This document shows positions 45,303 to 55,377 of a stretch of 64,000 nt of DNA, in pieces. Position 1 is the stretch's first letter, and each line of letters starts with the position of its first letter. The notes under the pieces were generated by a model. The model was not told the DNA's origin, ran no database searches, and saw only the letters and a program-made list of their open reading frames with translations. The position numbers and the translations under genes were made by a program. Location of the stretch: positions 1 through 64,000 of IMG/VR virus record IMGVR_UViG_3300017917_001123; one strand, given 5' to 3'.

Positions 45303-46055
45303 TTAATCATCCAGCTCCTTGTAGATTGACAGGACTTCACGCACAACAGGGTGACGTTCAATGTCCTTAGTTTCAAATTTAGCAACGGCTACCATTCTGT
45401 GCTCGCTCACCTCCTCATATCTCTCTAAAAAGTCGAGTAAGCCGTTTTCCTTTGGTCTATCTGCTTGTTGTAAGTCGCCAGTTACTACCATACGACTTCC
45501 TTCGCCTAAGCGAGTTAAAAGCATCTTCATCTGACTCTGTGTAGCATTTTGCATTTCATCCGCTACAATAAACGCATTTTTAAATGTGCGTCCACGCATA
45601 TAAGCGAGCGGACTAATTTCAATGGTACCTTCCTCTAGCATATCTGCTATCTGACGAGTATGATAATACTCCTGGAATACATCCATAATTGGCTTTGTCC
45701 AAGGTTCCATTTTTTGATTTAGCGTTCCTGGTAGGAATCCGTGTTCCTCATCAACGCTAACAGCGGGTCTAGTTACGACGATTTTATCAATCACCCCCTC
45801 TTTTAATTGTTTGATAGCCCACTGTACCCCAAGCATAGTCTTACCGGTGCCCGCAGGCCCGATGGCAAAAACTATATACTTTTTGGGATTTTTAAGCAGT
45901 TCTAAATACGATTCCTGGCTCGTATTGCGAGGAATGATCTGAACCTGCTGTTTCTTTTTGAAATACTGCTGTATTTCTATAGTGTTTTGAAAATCATTAG
46001 GACGCACATTGCGAGGATCGCTTTGTGTACGTCGTTTAGCACTATTTCTTGACAA
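45303..46055 (-). CDS. phoH: PhoH-like ATPase
   Basis: GPAGTGKT, GFLPG, YMRGRTF, DEMQN, GD..Q.D, RHP.V; probable TTG start after GGAGG. Confidence 0.93.
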   Translation of the reverse strand: MSRNSAKRRTQSDPRNVRPNDFQNTIEIQQYFKKKQQVQIIPRNTSQESYLELLKNPKKYIVFAIGPAGTGKTMLGVQWAIKQLKEGVIDKIVVTRPAVSVDEEHGFLPGTLNQKMEPWTKPIMDVFQEYYHTRQIADMLEEGTIEISPLAYMRGRTFKNAFIVADEMQNATQSQMKMLLTRLGEGSRMVVTGDLQQADRPKENGLLDFLERYEEVSEHRMVAVAKFETKDIERHPVVREVLSIYKELDD

Positions 46056-46169
46056 ATTATGTCCCTCCATTCAGGAGACCTGCAGAGATATTTACATAGG
46101 ACTTCAAAAAACTATATCAAATGGGGTTATTTTAAAAACGCTAAATATTATCGTTATCAGGGAACCCTT

Positions 46170-46724
46170 ATGCACGATATCGTAGACGTTATTAAAAATA
46201 TTCAAACATTGGCCGCAGATGATAGCGCATTTAGAATTCTAAAGGATTTTGAGCGTGTGCTAGACGAGTTAGATCTATATGTATTTGACAACTGGGAGGA
46301 CGGCGAGTTGCTTGCTGGCCCAGAAGTTAGCAGATACTTCGTAAGCTGTAAATTTATGTGGCCTAGAGATGAGATGCCCGACCCAAGAGGCGGAGAGCGT
46401 CTATTAGACTACGGTTGTAAAGTTAGCTATCAAAAGACTAACATTTTAGTTCCTCGCAAAGTTTATAAGCCTAGCGATTTCCGCCCAGGCACAAAGAAGG
46501 GCAAAATTGACCCACATCCAATTTGGATTGTAGAAATTCAAATGCCTAAAAAATTAATGCATGATATCTTTACAGGCAAAGAACTTAAAGACAACATGAA
46601 GTACGCAGACAGTATGCGTAGAAATACAACAGACAATCTTACTTCAACAGGTGAAGCTGAAATGGAAGGCGCACCACTAGAGCAAGAACCAACAACTGAG
46701 ACATCAAGCAATGCCACAATCTAA
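46170..46724 (+). CDS. Conserved-looking hypothetical phage protein
   Basis: DFERVLDELDLYVF.NW..GEL..GP; TAAATA upstream. Confidence 0.75.
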   Translation: MHDIVDVIKNIQTLAADDSAFRILKDFERVLDELDLYVFDNWEDGELLAGPEVSRYFVSCKFMWPRDEMPDPRGGERLLDYGCKVSYQKTNILVPRKVYKPSDFRPGTKKGKIDPHPIWIVEIQMPKKLMHDIFTGKELKDNMKYADSMRRNTTDNLTSTGEAEMEGAPLEQEPTTETSSNATI

Positions 46725-47457
46725 ACTATTCGAAGGCCTTCGCAAAGGCGATCTTGTAAACTGTGTCGAGCATGTGTTTACAGTTGACCAATTTACTAGC
46801 AAAATGGGCAACGATCGAGACGTTGCTGTTTTACGTTTTAGAGTTAAAGATAAATTCCCAGCAATTGATATGATGGAATTTATTGAAAAAGGTTACCCAT
46901 TTGTCCTTGATGCTGATATTAGCTCAGGCGAAGAGAAAGACGGAAAGTACAGCGTGTTTGTTGAGTTAGAAAGAACAAAGCAATTACCTCAACACATTAA
47001 TAGTATTATTGAAGGACTTTCTTCATTGACAAACATTTCAGACTGGCGTTTCCGTTTTTACAAAGATGTTACTAGTCAAGACTACTCAACAGAATCAATT
47101 ACAGAAAATGTTCCGTTAACTCCTGCTGATTATGACGTAAGTTTAAATGAAGCAAGAAAAACAGAAGTATCAGAATTCTTTGACCAAGGAACTGCTGATA
47201 TTGAAATTGATGAAAGTCTAAATGTAACATTTAAGAAAGCATTCTGGGAAAGCATAACATTAAAACTAGTTTGCTTAGGTGATTACAATCAAGTTAAAGA
47301 TAGTGTACAAGGAGCAGTACGAGTCGACGAAGCTTCCGCTAGCCAAACATTATTTTTAAACAAGTATCTAGGCAATTACGAAATTCACAAAATTGGAGAA
47401 CAATTTTTAATTCGTAATGGCAATAAGGCTGCGGTAGTAGAATTTAACAAAGGATAA
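46711..47457 (+). CDS. Hypothetical phage protein
   Basis: 248-aa coupled ORF. Confidence 0.75.
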   Translation: MPQSKLFEGLRKGDLVNCVEHVFTVDQFTSKMGNDRDVAVLRFRVKDKFPAIDMMEFIEKGYPFVLDADISSGEEKDGKYSVFVELERTKQLPQHINSIIEGLSSLTNISDWRFRFYKDVTSQDYSTESITENVPLTPADYDVSLNEARKTEVSEFFDQGTADIEIDESLNVTFKKAFWESITLKLVCLGDYNQVKDSVQGAVRVDEASASQTLFLNKYLGNYEIHKIGEQFLIRNGNKAAVVEFNKG

Positions 47458-47461
47458 AAAT

Positions 47462-48097
47462 ATGAGTAACGGATTTGATTTTGAGTTTACATTAGCAAAA
47501 TTTAAAGAGTGTGTTGGTAATCCTCCACATGCCGAACATTGGTTCGAAGCAATCTGTCAAATTTTGCCAGACTACGATATTAATACCCCAAGTCGTTTAG
47601 CGGCTTTCCTAGCACAGACAGCACATGAATCGGGCGGCTATCGTGCTATCAAAGAGAACCTAAACTACAGAGCAGTGACATTACGTAAAGTATTCCCAAA
47701 GTATTTTCCAACAGACGAGTTAGCCGCACAGTACGCTAACAAGCCCGAGAAGATTGCTAATCGTGTCTATGGCGGACGTATGGGCAATGGTCCAGAAGAA
47801 TCTGGCGATGGATATCGTTATTGCGGTCGTGGTCTTATTCAGTTAACTGGTAAGGACAACTATACACGCTACGCACAGAGTCTTGAGATTAGTGTAGAAG
47901 AAGCACAAGAACACTTAACAACTTTCGAAGGTTGCGTACAATCAGCCGCATGGTTCTGGGAAGCTAATAACTTGAACCAATGGGCAGATAAAGGCGACAT
48001 CCTAACATTGACCAAACGTATCAACGGTGGTACCATTGGACTAGAGGATCGTATCAAGCATTACAATCACGCACTACACGTATTAGGAGCACACTAA
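47462..48097 (+). CDS. GH19 endolysin
   Basis: AAFLAQTAHESG, ENLNY, GRGLIQLTG..NY, TKRINGG..GL.DR. Confidence 0.92.
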   Translation: MSNGFDFEFTLAKFKECVGNPPHAEHWFEAICQILPDYDINTPSRLAAFLAQTAHESGGYRAIKENLNYRAVTLRKVFPKYFPTDELAAQYANKPEKIANRVYGGRMGNGPEESGDGYRYCGRGLIQLTGKDNYTRYAQSLEISVEEAQEHLTTFEGCVQSAAWFWEANNLNQWADKGDILTLTKRINGGTIGLEDRIKHYNHALHVLGAH

Positions 48098-48098
48098 T

Positions 48099-48560
48099 AT
48101 GTGGATGCTTTGGTGGGTGCCCGATAGTTTGTTACAATGGATAGTTCATGGTATCCTAGTAGCAGGTGCTATCGGTACATTCTTAAGTTTCTTTTTACTT
48201 CATAGAATTGTACGTTGGTTTCCTGCCTTAGCACCGTGGCATTTACTAATTCAAATTGTTAGTATTGTTTTATTAGTAGGCGGTGTTTATTTTAAAGGCG
48301 GTGTTGATACTGAAACTGCCTGGAGAGCAAAAGTTGAGGAAGCAAAGGCCAAAGTTGCTGAAGCAGAAAAGGCTAGCGATGAACTGAACAAGAAGCTCGA
48401 AGAAGAAAAGAAAAAGAAAGAAAAGGTTCGTGTTGAATACTACGCAACAGTAAAAACACAAATCAAAGAAGTTGAAAAACAAATTAACGCAGATTGTAAA
48501 TTAGATCCTAAAGTAAATGAACTAATTAACAAAGCCGCTAAAAATCCGGAGGCAAAATAA
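48099..48560 (+). CDS. Putative inner-membrane spanin (Rz-like)
   Basis: TM segments then coiled coil with Cys, after endolysin. Confidence 0.7.
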   Translation: MWMLWWVPDSLLQWIVHGILVAGAIGTFLSFFLLHRIVRWFPALAPWHLLIQIVSIVLLVGGVYFKGGVDTETAWRAKVEEAKAKVAEAEKASDELNKKLEEEKKKKEKVRVEYYATVKTQIKEVEKQINADCKLDPKVNELINKAAKNPEAK

Positions 48561-48829
48561 TGAAACGTTTAGCATTATTACTTCCAGCGTTTTTATTAAC
48601 CGGATGTTTAGCAACTGCTCCAGTAGTACCTAAATGGCCAGAGGTACCTGCTGAATTGTTAGTAGCATGTCCTGACTTAAAACAAGTGGACCCTAGTAAC
48701 ACACAACTAAGCACAGTAATCGAAGTTGTAACAGACAACTACAAAGAGTACTACGATTGTAAAGCAAAAGTCGATGACTGGATTACTTGGTACAAAGGCC
48801 AACAAAAAATCTGGGAAACATTAAAATGA
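48560..48829 (+). CDS. Putative outer-membrane spanin lipoprotein (Rz1-like)
   Basis: Lipobox LTGC, Pro-rich, CP.L...NY..Y..C. Confidence 0.75.
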   Translation: MKRLALLLPAFLLTGCLATAPVVPKWPEVPAELLVACPDLKQVDPSNTQLSTVIEVVTDNYKEYYDCKAKVDDWITWYKGQQKIWETLK

Positions 48830-49227
48830 AACGCATCGTACTAGTAAGCATGTTAACATTACTAAGCGGATGTACATTGTTAGATGCTTACCTAATGAAG
48901 TACGATCCCAACGAATATCAAATGATTGCCGATATTCGCACTACAGCAAATATTTCTAAAACACAATGCGATAATCCATTACTAAGTGTCAGTAACGCAA
49001 CTGTAATGGCAAACAAAACTCTAGCATTTGTACAGTTCGCACAATACGTACCGCGCAACGACAAAGTTAAAGCCGCAAGCATTGAATTAGATAAAATTGC
49101 TCAAGGTTTAAAAGACCAATACGAAAAAAGCAGTAAAGTAAGCCCTGTATTTTGTAAACTTAAATTTAGCAGTATTGAAAGTTCTGCTGAAACTATTCAA
49201 CGAGTCGTAGGAGATAAACCAAGATGA
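48826..49227 (+). CDS. Lipoprotein in lysis module
   Basis: Lipobox LSGC. Confidence 0.7.
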   Translation: MKRIVLVSMLTLLSGCTLLDAYLMKYDPNEYQMIADIRTTANISKTQCDNPLLSVSNATVMANKTLAFVQFAQYVPRNDKVKAASIELDKIAQGLKDQYEKSSKVSPVFCKLKFSSIESSAETIQRVVGDKPR

Positions 49228-49478
49228 GCATCGAATACAATCAAAGTCTACTGGCTAGTATCAGCAGTTCAAATCCAAATATTAGTGCCGCCGCACAACA
49301 AGTTAACGAGTTAACTGAAATGTGTAAACGCGGAGAAATAAGTCAAGAAGAATACGCTGAATTAATTTTAGACGTACAACGCCAAGTAAACATTGAAGCA
49401 AACATGGCCGAATTAGAAGCTATGGAAAGGTTAAATACTGCTATCAATGGACTTGTCAGTATAGCCAAGTTAGTCTAA
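49224..49478 (+). CDS. Hypothetical protein
   Basis: GEISQEEY SHOCT-like segment. Confidence 0.65.
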   Translation: MSIEYNQSLLASISSSNPNISAAAQQVNELTEMCKRGEISQEEYAELILDVQRQVNIEANMAELEAMERLNTAINGLVSIAKLV

Positions 49479-49495
49479 CACTTTAAGGAGCGTCA

Positions 49496-49777
49496 ATGGA
49501 AGACAAAAAGTTACTCAAGTGGCTGTTAATACTATTAATTGCGCCGCTTGCTGGAGCCTATTTTAGCGACGGGGAGCGTTTCCGCTACCCTTGCCAAAAC
49601 CCAGATAACTGGGACAAAGCAATATGTAAGATGCCAGCATGTGATGTTACTCGTACATGCCCTGAGCACATTTTTAAGGGCCAGCGTGACCCAAGACTAG
49701 GACCGCCAACAGAAAGCACACCTGCTAAACCTGTTGCAGCATCAACACCAACACCACAAGGAGCAATTTGTAAATGA
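49496..49777 (+). CDS. Exported Cys-rich small protein
   Basis: Signal/TM then RYPCQ.P.NW....C..P.C....CP. Confidence 0.7.
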   Translation: MEDKKLLKWLLILLIAPLAGAYFSDGERFRYPCQNPDNWDKAICKMPACDVTRTCPEHIFKGQRDPRLGPPTESTPAKPVAASTPTPQGAICK

Positions 49778-50355
49778 GCTGGATAAAAGATTATTTTGAA
49801 GCAAAGGCCAACGCACAGGCCAACAAACCGGAGACTATTGTTTATACAGAAGAGCAGTTAATGGCTCGTTTGAAGTTCTTCATTGGTATTTGCTTATCAC
49901 TAACACTATTTGGTATTGTGTTTGTTGTTCTATATTCGTTAATCTTCGTAACACAACCACTAAACGCAATTAGCCCTATCGATCAAAAGTTCTTTGAACT
50001 TATTATTCCTATTGCTACATTCTTAACAGGTACACTATCTGGAATTATGTTAGCAAGCCCGGGAGATAAAGAAGCACAGAAGCAGGCATTAACTGCCGCA
50101 AACAAAGGTTGGGATCGACCACCTACACCTGTAGCACCTGCTCCATCAACACCACCATCTAGTGGTTTTGGCGGCGGGTTTGGTTCAGCATCAGTAGCTC
50201 CAGCAGTGGGCGGATTTGGCGCACCAGCAGGAGGCGGTTTTAGTGCTCCAGCAGTAAGTAGTTTCGGAGCCCCGGCAGCAACATTTGGCGGACCAATTGC
50301 TACAACAGCAAGCGGTAAAAAGATTGTTCCTGAAGAACCACAACCAGAACTATAA
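49774..50355 (+). CDS. Two-TM membrane protein with FG-rich tail
   Basis: Two TM helices, GGFG repeats, ends PQPEL. Confidence 0.75.
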   Translation: MSWIKDYFEAKANAQANKPETIVYTEEQLMARLKFFIGICLSLTLFGIVFVVLYSLIFVTQPLNAISPIDQKFFELIIPIATFLTGTLSGIMLASPGDKEAQKQALTAANKGWDRPPTPVAPAPSTPPSSGFGGGFGSASVAPAVGGFGAPAGGGFSAPAVSSFGAPAATFGGPIATTASGKKIVPEEPQPEL

Positions 50356-50367
50356 TCGGAAAAAGCA

Positions 50368-50820
50368 ATGAGCGAGCTTCTAGCATCTGAAAAGAAAAAA
50401 GAAGATTGGATGAACAGTAAATGGCGTCCAATGATGGGCTGGATGTACATGGTTGTATGTATGGCAGACTTTGTTGTATTTCCGATTCTATGGAGTATTA
50501 TACAAGTTGTCGGCGACGGTAAAGTTGAAACACAATGGTCGCCGATTACACTACAAGGCGCAGGATTGTTCCATATGGCAATGGGAGCAGTACTTGGTGT
50601 AGCCGCATTTGGCCGCACACAAGAAAAATTAGCAGGAGCAAACGTTGGCGGATTATCTACACCACCAAGCGGGGTTACAACATCTGGCGTATCTACGTCA
50701 AACGGATTCGGTTCGACGACCCCCGCAAGTAGCTTTGGCGGAGGCGGGTTTGGAGGCTCACTTACAACAACAGCGAGCGGAAAACCAATTGTCCCAGTCG
50801 GACCACAACCAGAACTTTAA
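50368..50820 (+). CDS. Holin-like membrane protein
   Basis: W...WRP.MGW.Y, GAVLG.AAFGRT.EK; ends PQPEL. Confidence 0.7.
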   Translation: MSELLASEKKKEDWMNSKWRPMMGWMYMVVCMADFVVFPILWSIIQVVGDGKVETQWSPITLQGAGLFHMAMGAVLGVAAFGRTQEKLAGANVGGLSTPPSGVTTSGVSTSNGFGSTTPASSFGGGGFGGSLTTTASGKPIVPVGPQPEL

Positions 50821-50831
50821 AGGAAAATAAA

Positions 50832-51032
50832 ATGAAAAAGGTATTAGCATTATTAGCAATCGCATTTGCCAGTACAGCATTTGCCGGCGGCGAAATGAAA
50901 GAAGTTTGCGAAGTCCAAAAGGACAAAGCAGGTAAAGTAGTTAAGAACAAAGATGGTTCTGACAAGCAAGTTTGTAAGAAAATCAAGGTTCATAAGAAAG
51001 TTGAAGGTACAAAAGTTCCAGAAAAGAAATAA
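50832..51032 (+). CDS. Small secreted basic protein
   Basis: Signal peptide (AFA cleavage), two Cys. Confidence 0.7.
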   Translation: MKKVLALLAIAFASTAFAGGEMKEVCEVQKDKAGKVVKNKDGSDKQVCKKIKVHKKVEGTKVPEKK

Positions 51033-51041
51033 TTCTGGTTT

Positions 51042-51090
51042 TTGACATAGCAAGGCTATGAGTGTATAATTACACTTATACCTTGCTTTT
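51042..51090 (+). terminator. Terminator hairpin overlapping sigma70 promoter
   Basis: AGCAAGG..TATGAGTGTA/TACACTTATA..CCTTGCT-TTTT; TTGACA 51042, TATAAT 51065. Confidence 0.7.
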
Positions 51091-51105
51091 TATTTGGCGG
51101 AAAAT

Positions 51106-51912
51106 ATGGATTACTATGAAACATTAGGCGTGCCTAAAGGGGCGTCAGAAGAAGAAATTAAAAAAGCCTATCGCAAATTGGCTATGAAGCATCATCCCGA
51201 CCGAGGTGGGGATGCTTCTAAATTTAAAGAAATTGAAGAAGCGTACAGAATACTAGGCGACCCAAATGCTAGAGCAGAGTACGATCAACCAAAACAATAC
51301 TCGTCTAGAGCAGACGGATTCGGAGTCCCTCCAGGCTTTGAAGGATTCTTCCATCACTTTGGAGGAAACTTTAGCGACTTGTTTCGTCCACAACGACCCC
51401 GAAATAGAGATTTAAATTTCCACACTCGTATTACACTAGAAGATGCGTTCTACGGTAAAGAGCTTGTGGTTAATTTCTTTAAAGCAAACGGTCAAGAAAA
51501 AATCCTTAATGTAAAAATTCCACAGGGCATTCAAAACGGAATGACTCTGCGCTTACAAGGTGTAGGCGATGATAGTTTACCGCAAGCACAGGTTGGAGAT
51601 GTACTAATTACGGTCGAAGTAGTACAAAATAGAGAATTCAAACGTCAAGGGGATGATTTAATCAAAGAGGTTGAAATTAACTGTATCGATGCTATGCTTG
51701 GTAAAGAGATACTAATTACAACTATTGATGGAAAAACACTAACAGGTCGTGTTCCTCCGGGATCGCAACCAGATAGTATCCTAAACATTCCCGGACAAGG
51801 AATGCCCAACATGAATAACCCAAACAGTCGTGGTAGATTGTTGCTACACATAAGAATGACTGTTCCGCAGTTAACTGAAGATCAAAAAGAACAACTTAAG
51901 AAGATATTTTAA
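51106..51912 (+). CDS. dnaJ: DnaJ-class co-chaperone (no zinc finger)
   Basis: [13 protein letters not shown]-terminal GDLI..I..AMLG domain. Confidence 0.9.
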   Translation: MDYYETLGVPKGASEEEIKKAYRKLAMKHHPDRGGDASKFKEIEEAYRILGDPNARAEYDQPKQYSSRADGFGVPPGFEGFFHHFGGNFSDLFRPQRPRNRDLNFHTRITLEDAFYGKELVVNFFKANGQEKILNVKIPQGIQNGMTLRLQGVGDDSLPQAQVGDVLITVEVVQNREFKRQGDDLIKEVEINCIDAMLGKEILITTIDGKTLTGRVPPGSQPDSILNIPGQGMPNMNNPNSRGRLLLHIRMTVPQLTEDQKEQLKKIF

Positions 51913-52422
51913 ATGCTAGATATAGTTAAATTCCCAAATCCAATTTTAAGACAGAAGATGCCGGACTTCGACTTTTCAAATCCAGTTATGGACCCAAAAG
52001 AACTGGAGAAAGAAATGATCGAAACAATGTTAAAGAACTACGGAATGGGTCTGGCCGCCAATCAAGTAGGAATAGCTACACGGGTGTTTACTATGGGACA
52101 CCCAACAATGCCAGAAAATGCCAAAGCGTTTTTTAATCCAGAAATTGTAGCAAACACAGAATCTGTCAAAGATTTGGAAGAAGGATGCTTGAGTTTTCCC
52201 GGAATTTATGTTAATATTAAACGTCCTACAGCCATAAAGGCTCGTTGGCAAAATAGTTCCGGTGAATGGGAGGAGGGAGAGTTTGAAGGATACGAATGTA
52301 AATGCTTCTTACATGAATTCGATCATTTGGAAGGAATTGTTTTTTCAGATCGAGTCAGTCAGTTAAAATGGGCTATGGCAATTAAAAAACTTAAATCTAA
52401 TAAGAGGAAACACAATGCTTGA
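51913..52422 (+). CDS. def: Peptide deformylase
   Basis: GMGLAANQVG, EGCLS, HEFDH. Confidence 0.95.
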   Translation: MLDIVKFPNPILRQKMPDFDFSNPVMDPKELEKEMIETMLKNYGMGLAANQVGIATRVFTMGHPTMPENAKAFFNPEIVANTESVKDLEEGCLSFPGIYVNIKRPTAIKARWQNSSGEWEEGEFEGYECKCFLHEFDHLEGIVFSDRVSQLKWAMAIKKLKSNKRKHNA

Positions 52423-54691
52423 ACCAAGCCAAGACCTAGAGAAAATTTTTGAACGTGCTATTAAGCTCGCAATGAGCCATAAGCACGAATACATTACACT
52501 AGAGCATTTCTTATACGGTCTTCTCATAGATCCTAAGTTTGAAAAAACTCTTACAAACTTTGGAACAAATGTTTCCGACCTAGTAAAAGATATCGAGCTA
52601 TATGTAAGCTCAGAGCTTAACGATATCAAAATTGAAGAGGAAATTAAACCAAAGAAAACACACAGCATGGAACGTATGCTGAATCGTGCTTTCACGCAAG
52701 TATTGTTCAGCGGTCGCTCTACTATTGAGCCCGTTGATTGTTTTATTAGTTTGTTCAGCGAAAAGAAATCATTTGCTGTCTATAGCCTACGCAAGGCAAA
52801 GATCGATAAAGACAAGTTTATTGAATATATTAATCAAGAAGCGATCGAAGAAGAAGCAACAGAAGGCGAAGGTACTCCAAGCCCGCAACTCGAACGTCTG
52901 CTTGTTCAGTATTGCCAGAACCTTACTAAGAAGGCAAAAGAGAAAAAGATCGATCCAGTTATTGGCCGCGAAAAAGAAATTGAGGAAATGCAACTTATCC
53001 TTGCTCGCCGTACTAAGTCTAATGTTATGCTTATCGGTGATCCAGGCGTAGGTAAGACTGCTATCGCAGAAGGCCTTGCTAAGAAGATTGTCGAAGGCAA
53101 TGTTCCTAAGTACATTCAAGATCACACAGTTTACAACCTAGACATTAGCTCTATGCTTGCGGGCAGTAAGTATCGCGGTGATTTTGAAGAACGTCTCAAG
53201 ATGGTCATCACTGCCCTTGAGAAGAAAAAGAAATGTATTCTGTTTATTGACGAGGCACACATGATGAGTGGTGCTGGCGCAGTAAGCGGTGGTTCAAACG
53301 ACATGGCTAATATGCTCAAGCCAGCACTTGGCAAGGGCACTATTAAAGTTATCGCAAGCACAACGTGGGAAGAATTCCGCAAGCACTTTGAAAAGGATCG
53401 TGCGCTGATGCGTCGATTCCAGCGTGTTGTTGTAGACGAGCCTAATGAAGCAACTGCTATTAAGATCCTTAAAGGTCTTAAGAAGTATTACGAAAAGCAC
53501 CACAACGTTAAAATTACTAATCAAGCAATTATCGATGCTGTTAAGTATAGCGTCAAGTATATTAGTGATCGTCATTTGCCCGATAAAGCAATTGACTTGA
53601 TTGATTGTGCCTGTGCTCGCTTTAAGGTCAAAGACGAAGAAGGCGGTATTGTTGACCATGACGAGATTGTGTTCGAAGTGGCTAAGATTGCTAACTTGCC
53701 GTTAGATCAAATTGCCGCTAAGGAAAACAAGAACCTTAAGGACATGGATAAAAACATGCGAGGTAAGGTGTTTGGTCAAGAAAAAGCAATCGATGCTCTA
53801 CTTGACAAGATTTATATCGCACAAGCAGGTTTGAAATCTATTAACAAACCAGTTGGTAACTTCTTATTCGTTGGACCTACGGGTTGCGGTAAGACTGAAA
53901 CTGCTAAAGTATTAGCAGAGTCTATGGGTGTTCAATTGGTTCGCTTTGATATGAGCGAATTCCAAGAACAACATTCTGTAGCAAAGTTCATTGGTGCGCC
54001 TCCGGGATATGTTGGATTTGAGGACAATGCCGGCCAACTTATTACTAAACTACAAGAACATCCTAACTGTATTCTATTGCTTGACGAAATCGAAAAAGCA
54101 CACCCAAGCGTAAGCCAAGTACTGCTAGGATTGATGGATAACGGATTTGTAACTGGTTCTAATGGTAAGAAGGCAGATGGTCGTAACGCAATCATCATTC
54201 TTACTTCTAACCTAGGCGCATCAGATGCTGAAAAGAACGCTGTTGGTTTCGGTAAGATGGAACGTGATTACGATAACAAAGATGCTGTTAATCGTTTCTT
54301 TGCTCCAGAATTCCGCAATCGTTTAGACGGCATTATCCAGTTCAACAAACTCGGTCAAGATACAATGATTAAGATTGTTAAGAAGTTTATCGACGAACTT
54401 AATGCTCTTATTAAAGATAAGAATATTCATGTTAAACCAGACATGGCAGCTCTTGAGTATCTTGTTAAGAAAGGCTTTAATCCTAAAATGGGTGCTCGTC
54501 CGTTGGCTCGGGTTATCGATGAAGAAATTAAAAAGCCTCTATCACGAGAAATCCTGTTTGGCAAATTGTCAAACGGTGGAGTCGTAAACTTGACGTTTAA
54601 AGACGACAAGTTTGTGTTTGAGCTAGTTGAAGTATTGTCAATCGACAAAGCAGTAACGTCAGAAGAGGCAGATGAAGAAACTGTTGACTAA
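52415..54691 (+). CDS. clpA: ClpA-type AAA+ unfoldase
   Basis: HEYITLEH N-domain, two Walker A motifs, VGF ClpP-docking loop, no M domain. Confidence 0.92.
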   Translation: MLEPSQDLEKIFERAIKLAMSHKHEYITLEHFLYGLLIDPKFEKTLTNFGTNVSDLVKDIELYVSSELNDIKIEEEIKPKKTHSMERMLNRAFTQVLFSGRSTIEPVDCFISLFSEKKSFAVYSLRKAKIDKDKFIEYINQEAIEEEATEGEGTPSPQLERLLVQYCQNLTKKAKEKKIDPVIGREKEIEEMQLILARRTKSNVMLIGDPGVGKTAIAEGLAKKIVEGNVPKYIQDHTVYNLDISSMLAGSKYRGDFEERLKMVITALEKKKKCILFIDEAHMMSGAGAVSGGSNDMANMLKPALGKGTIKVIASTTWEEFRKHFEKDRALMRRFQRVVVDEPNEATAIKILKGLKKYYEKHHNVKITNQAIIDAVKYSVKYISDRHLPDKAIDLIDCACARFKVKDEEGGIVDHDEIVFEVAKIANLPLDQIAAKENKNLKDMDKNMRGKVFGQEKAIDALLDKIYIAQAGLKSINKPVGNFLFVGPTGCGKTETAKVLAESMGVQLVRFDMSEFQEQHSVAKFIGAPPGYVGFEDNAGQLITKLQEHPNCILLLDEIEKAHPSVSQVLLGLMDNGFVTGSNGKKADGRNAIIILTSNLGASDAEKNAVGFGKMERDYDNKDAVNRFFAPEFRNRLDGIIQFNKLGQDTMIKIVKKFIDELNALIKDKNIHVKPDMAALEYLVKKGFNPKMGARPLARVIDEEIKKPLSREILFGKLSNGGVVNLTFKDDKFVFELVEVLSIDKAVTSEEADEETVD

Positions 54692-55352
54692 AAAACTGTT
54701 CTATAGAAAGTACCCTTACAAAGTAGAATTAAAATGTGAGGGTGCTAACTATATTAGATACAGAGGCATCGATGCCGTTATCAGAGGGTGCGAAAAGGAC
54801 GAAAAGTTTGAAGGTCGCACCTACTGGGGACGTTTGACTAAAGAAGTTGATACTGTTAAACTCCATAAATTTGCTAAGATTATTAAGCCGTTTTTATCCA
54901 AAGGCTTAAAAGTCAGAAGCGAAGGCAGTCGCTATAATTTCTTTTTAGAAGATAAAGCTACTACAGATTTCCTTGTTAAAAAGTTTGAGGAATTTGTAGT
55001 TTCTGTTTCCGAGCCTGCTAGTGAAGAAGAGCTCGAGTTTTTAACTGATAATAATCGAAAGGTTATTGTTGACGAGCTCCCTTACGGTAAGTTTAAACAT
55101 AAAATTGTCTTTAAGAATAACTGGTCTATAGTAAAGGGTCAGAACTTTCTAAACTGGATAAAAAAGTACCCAGAAGAAGACTACAAAATCTCTAGATCAA
55201 GTTACGAGTACTTGTCGGCCCAATCTAGATACTGTCAAGACCCGTTTATGTACATTACAGAAGCTAAAATGCTTACAATGTTACAGCTTTTTGCTGGAGA
55301 TAACATCAAATATGTGGAAGAATTTGTGCCACGGTCTACCTTACTCCTGTAA
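54672..55352 (+). CDS. Hypothetical phage protein
   Basis: 226-aa coupled ORF. Confidence 0.75.
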   Translation: MKKLLTKKLFYRKYPYKVELKCEGANYIRYRGIDAVIRGCEKDEKFEGRTYWGRLTKEVDTVKLHKFAKIIKPFLSKGLKVRSEGSRYNFFLEDKATTDFLVKKFEEFVVSVSEPASEEELEFLTDNNRKVIVDELPYGKFKHKIVFKNNWSIVKGQNFLNWIKKYPEEDYKISRSSYEYLSAQSRYCQDPFMYITEAKMLTMLQLFAGDNIKYVEEFVPRSTLLL

Positions 55353-55377
55353 TAAATACAGGGCGTAAGGAAAAAAC

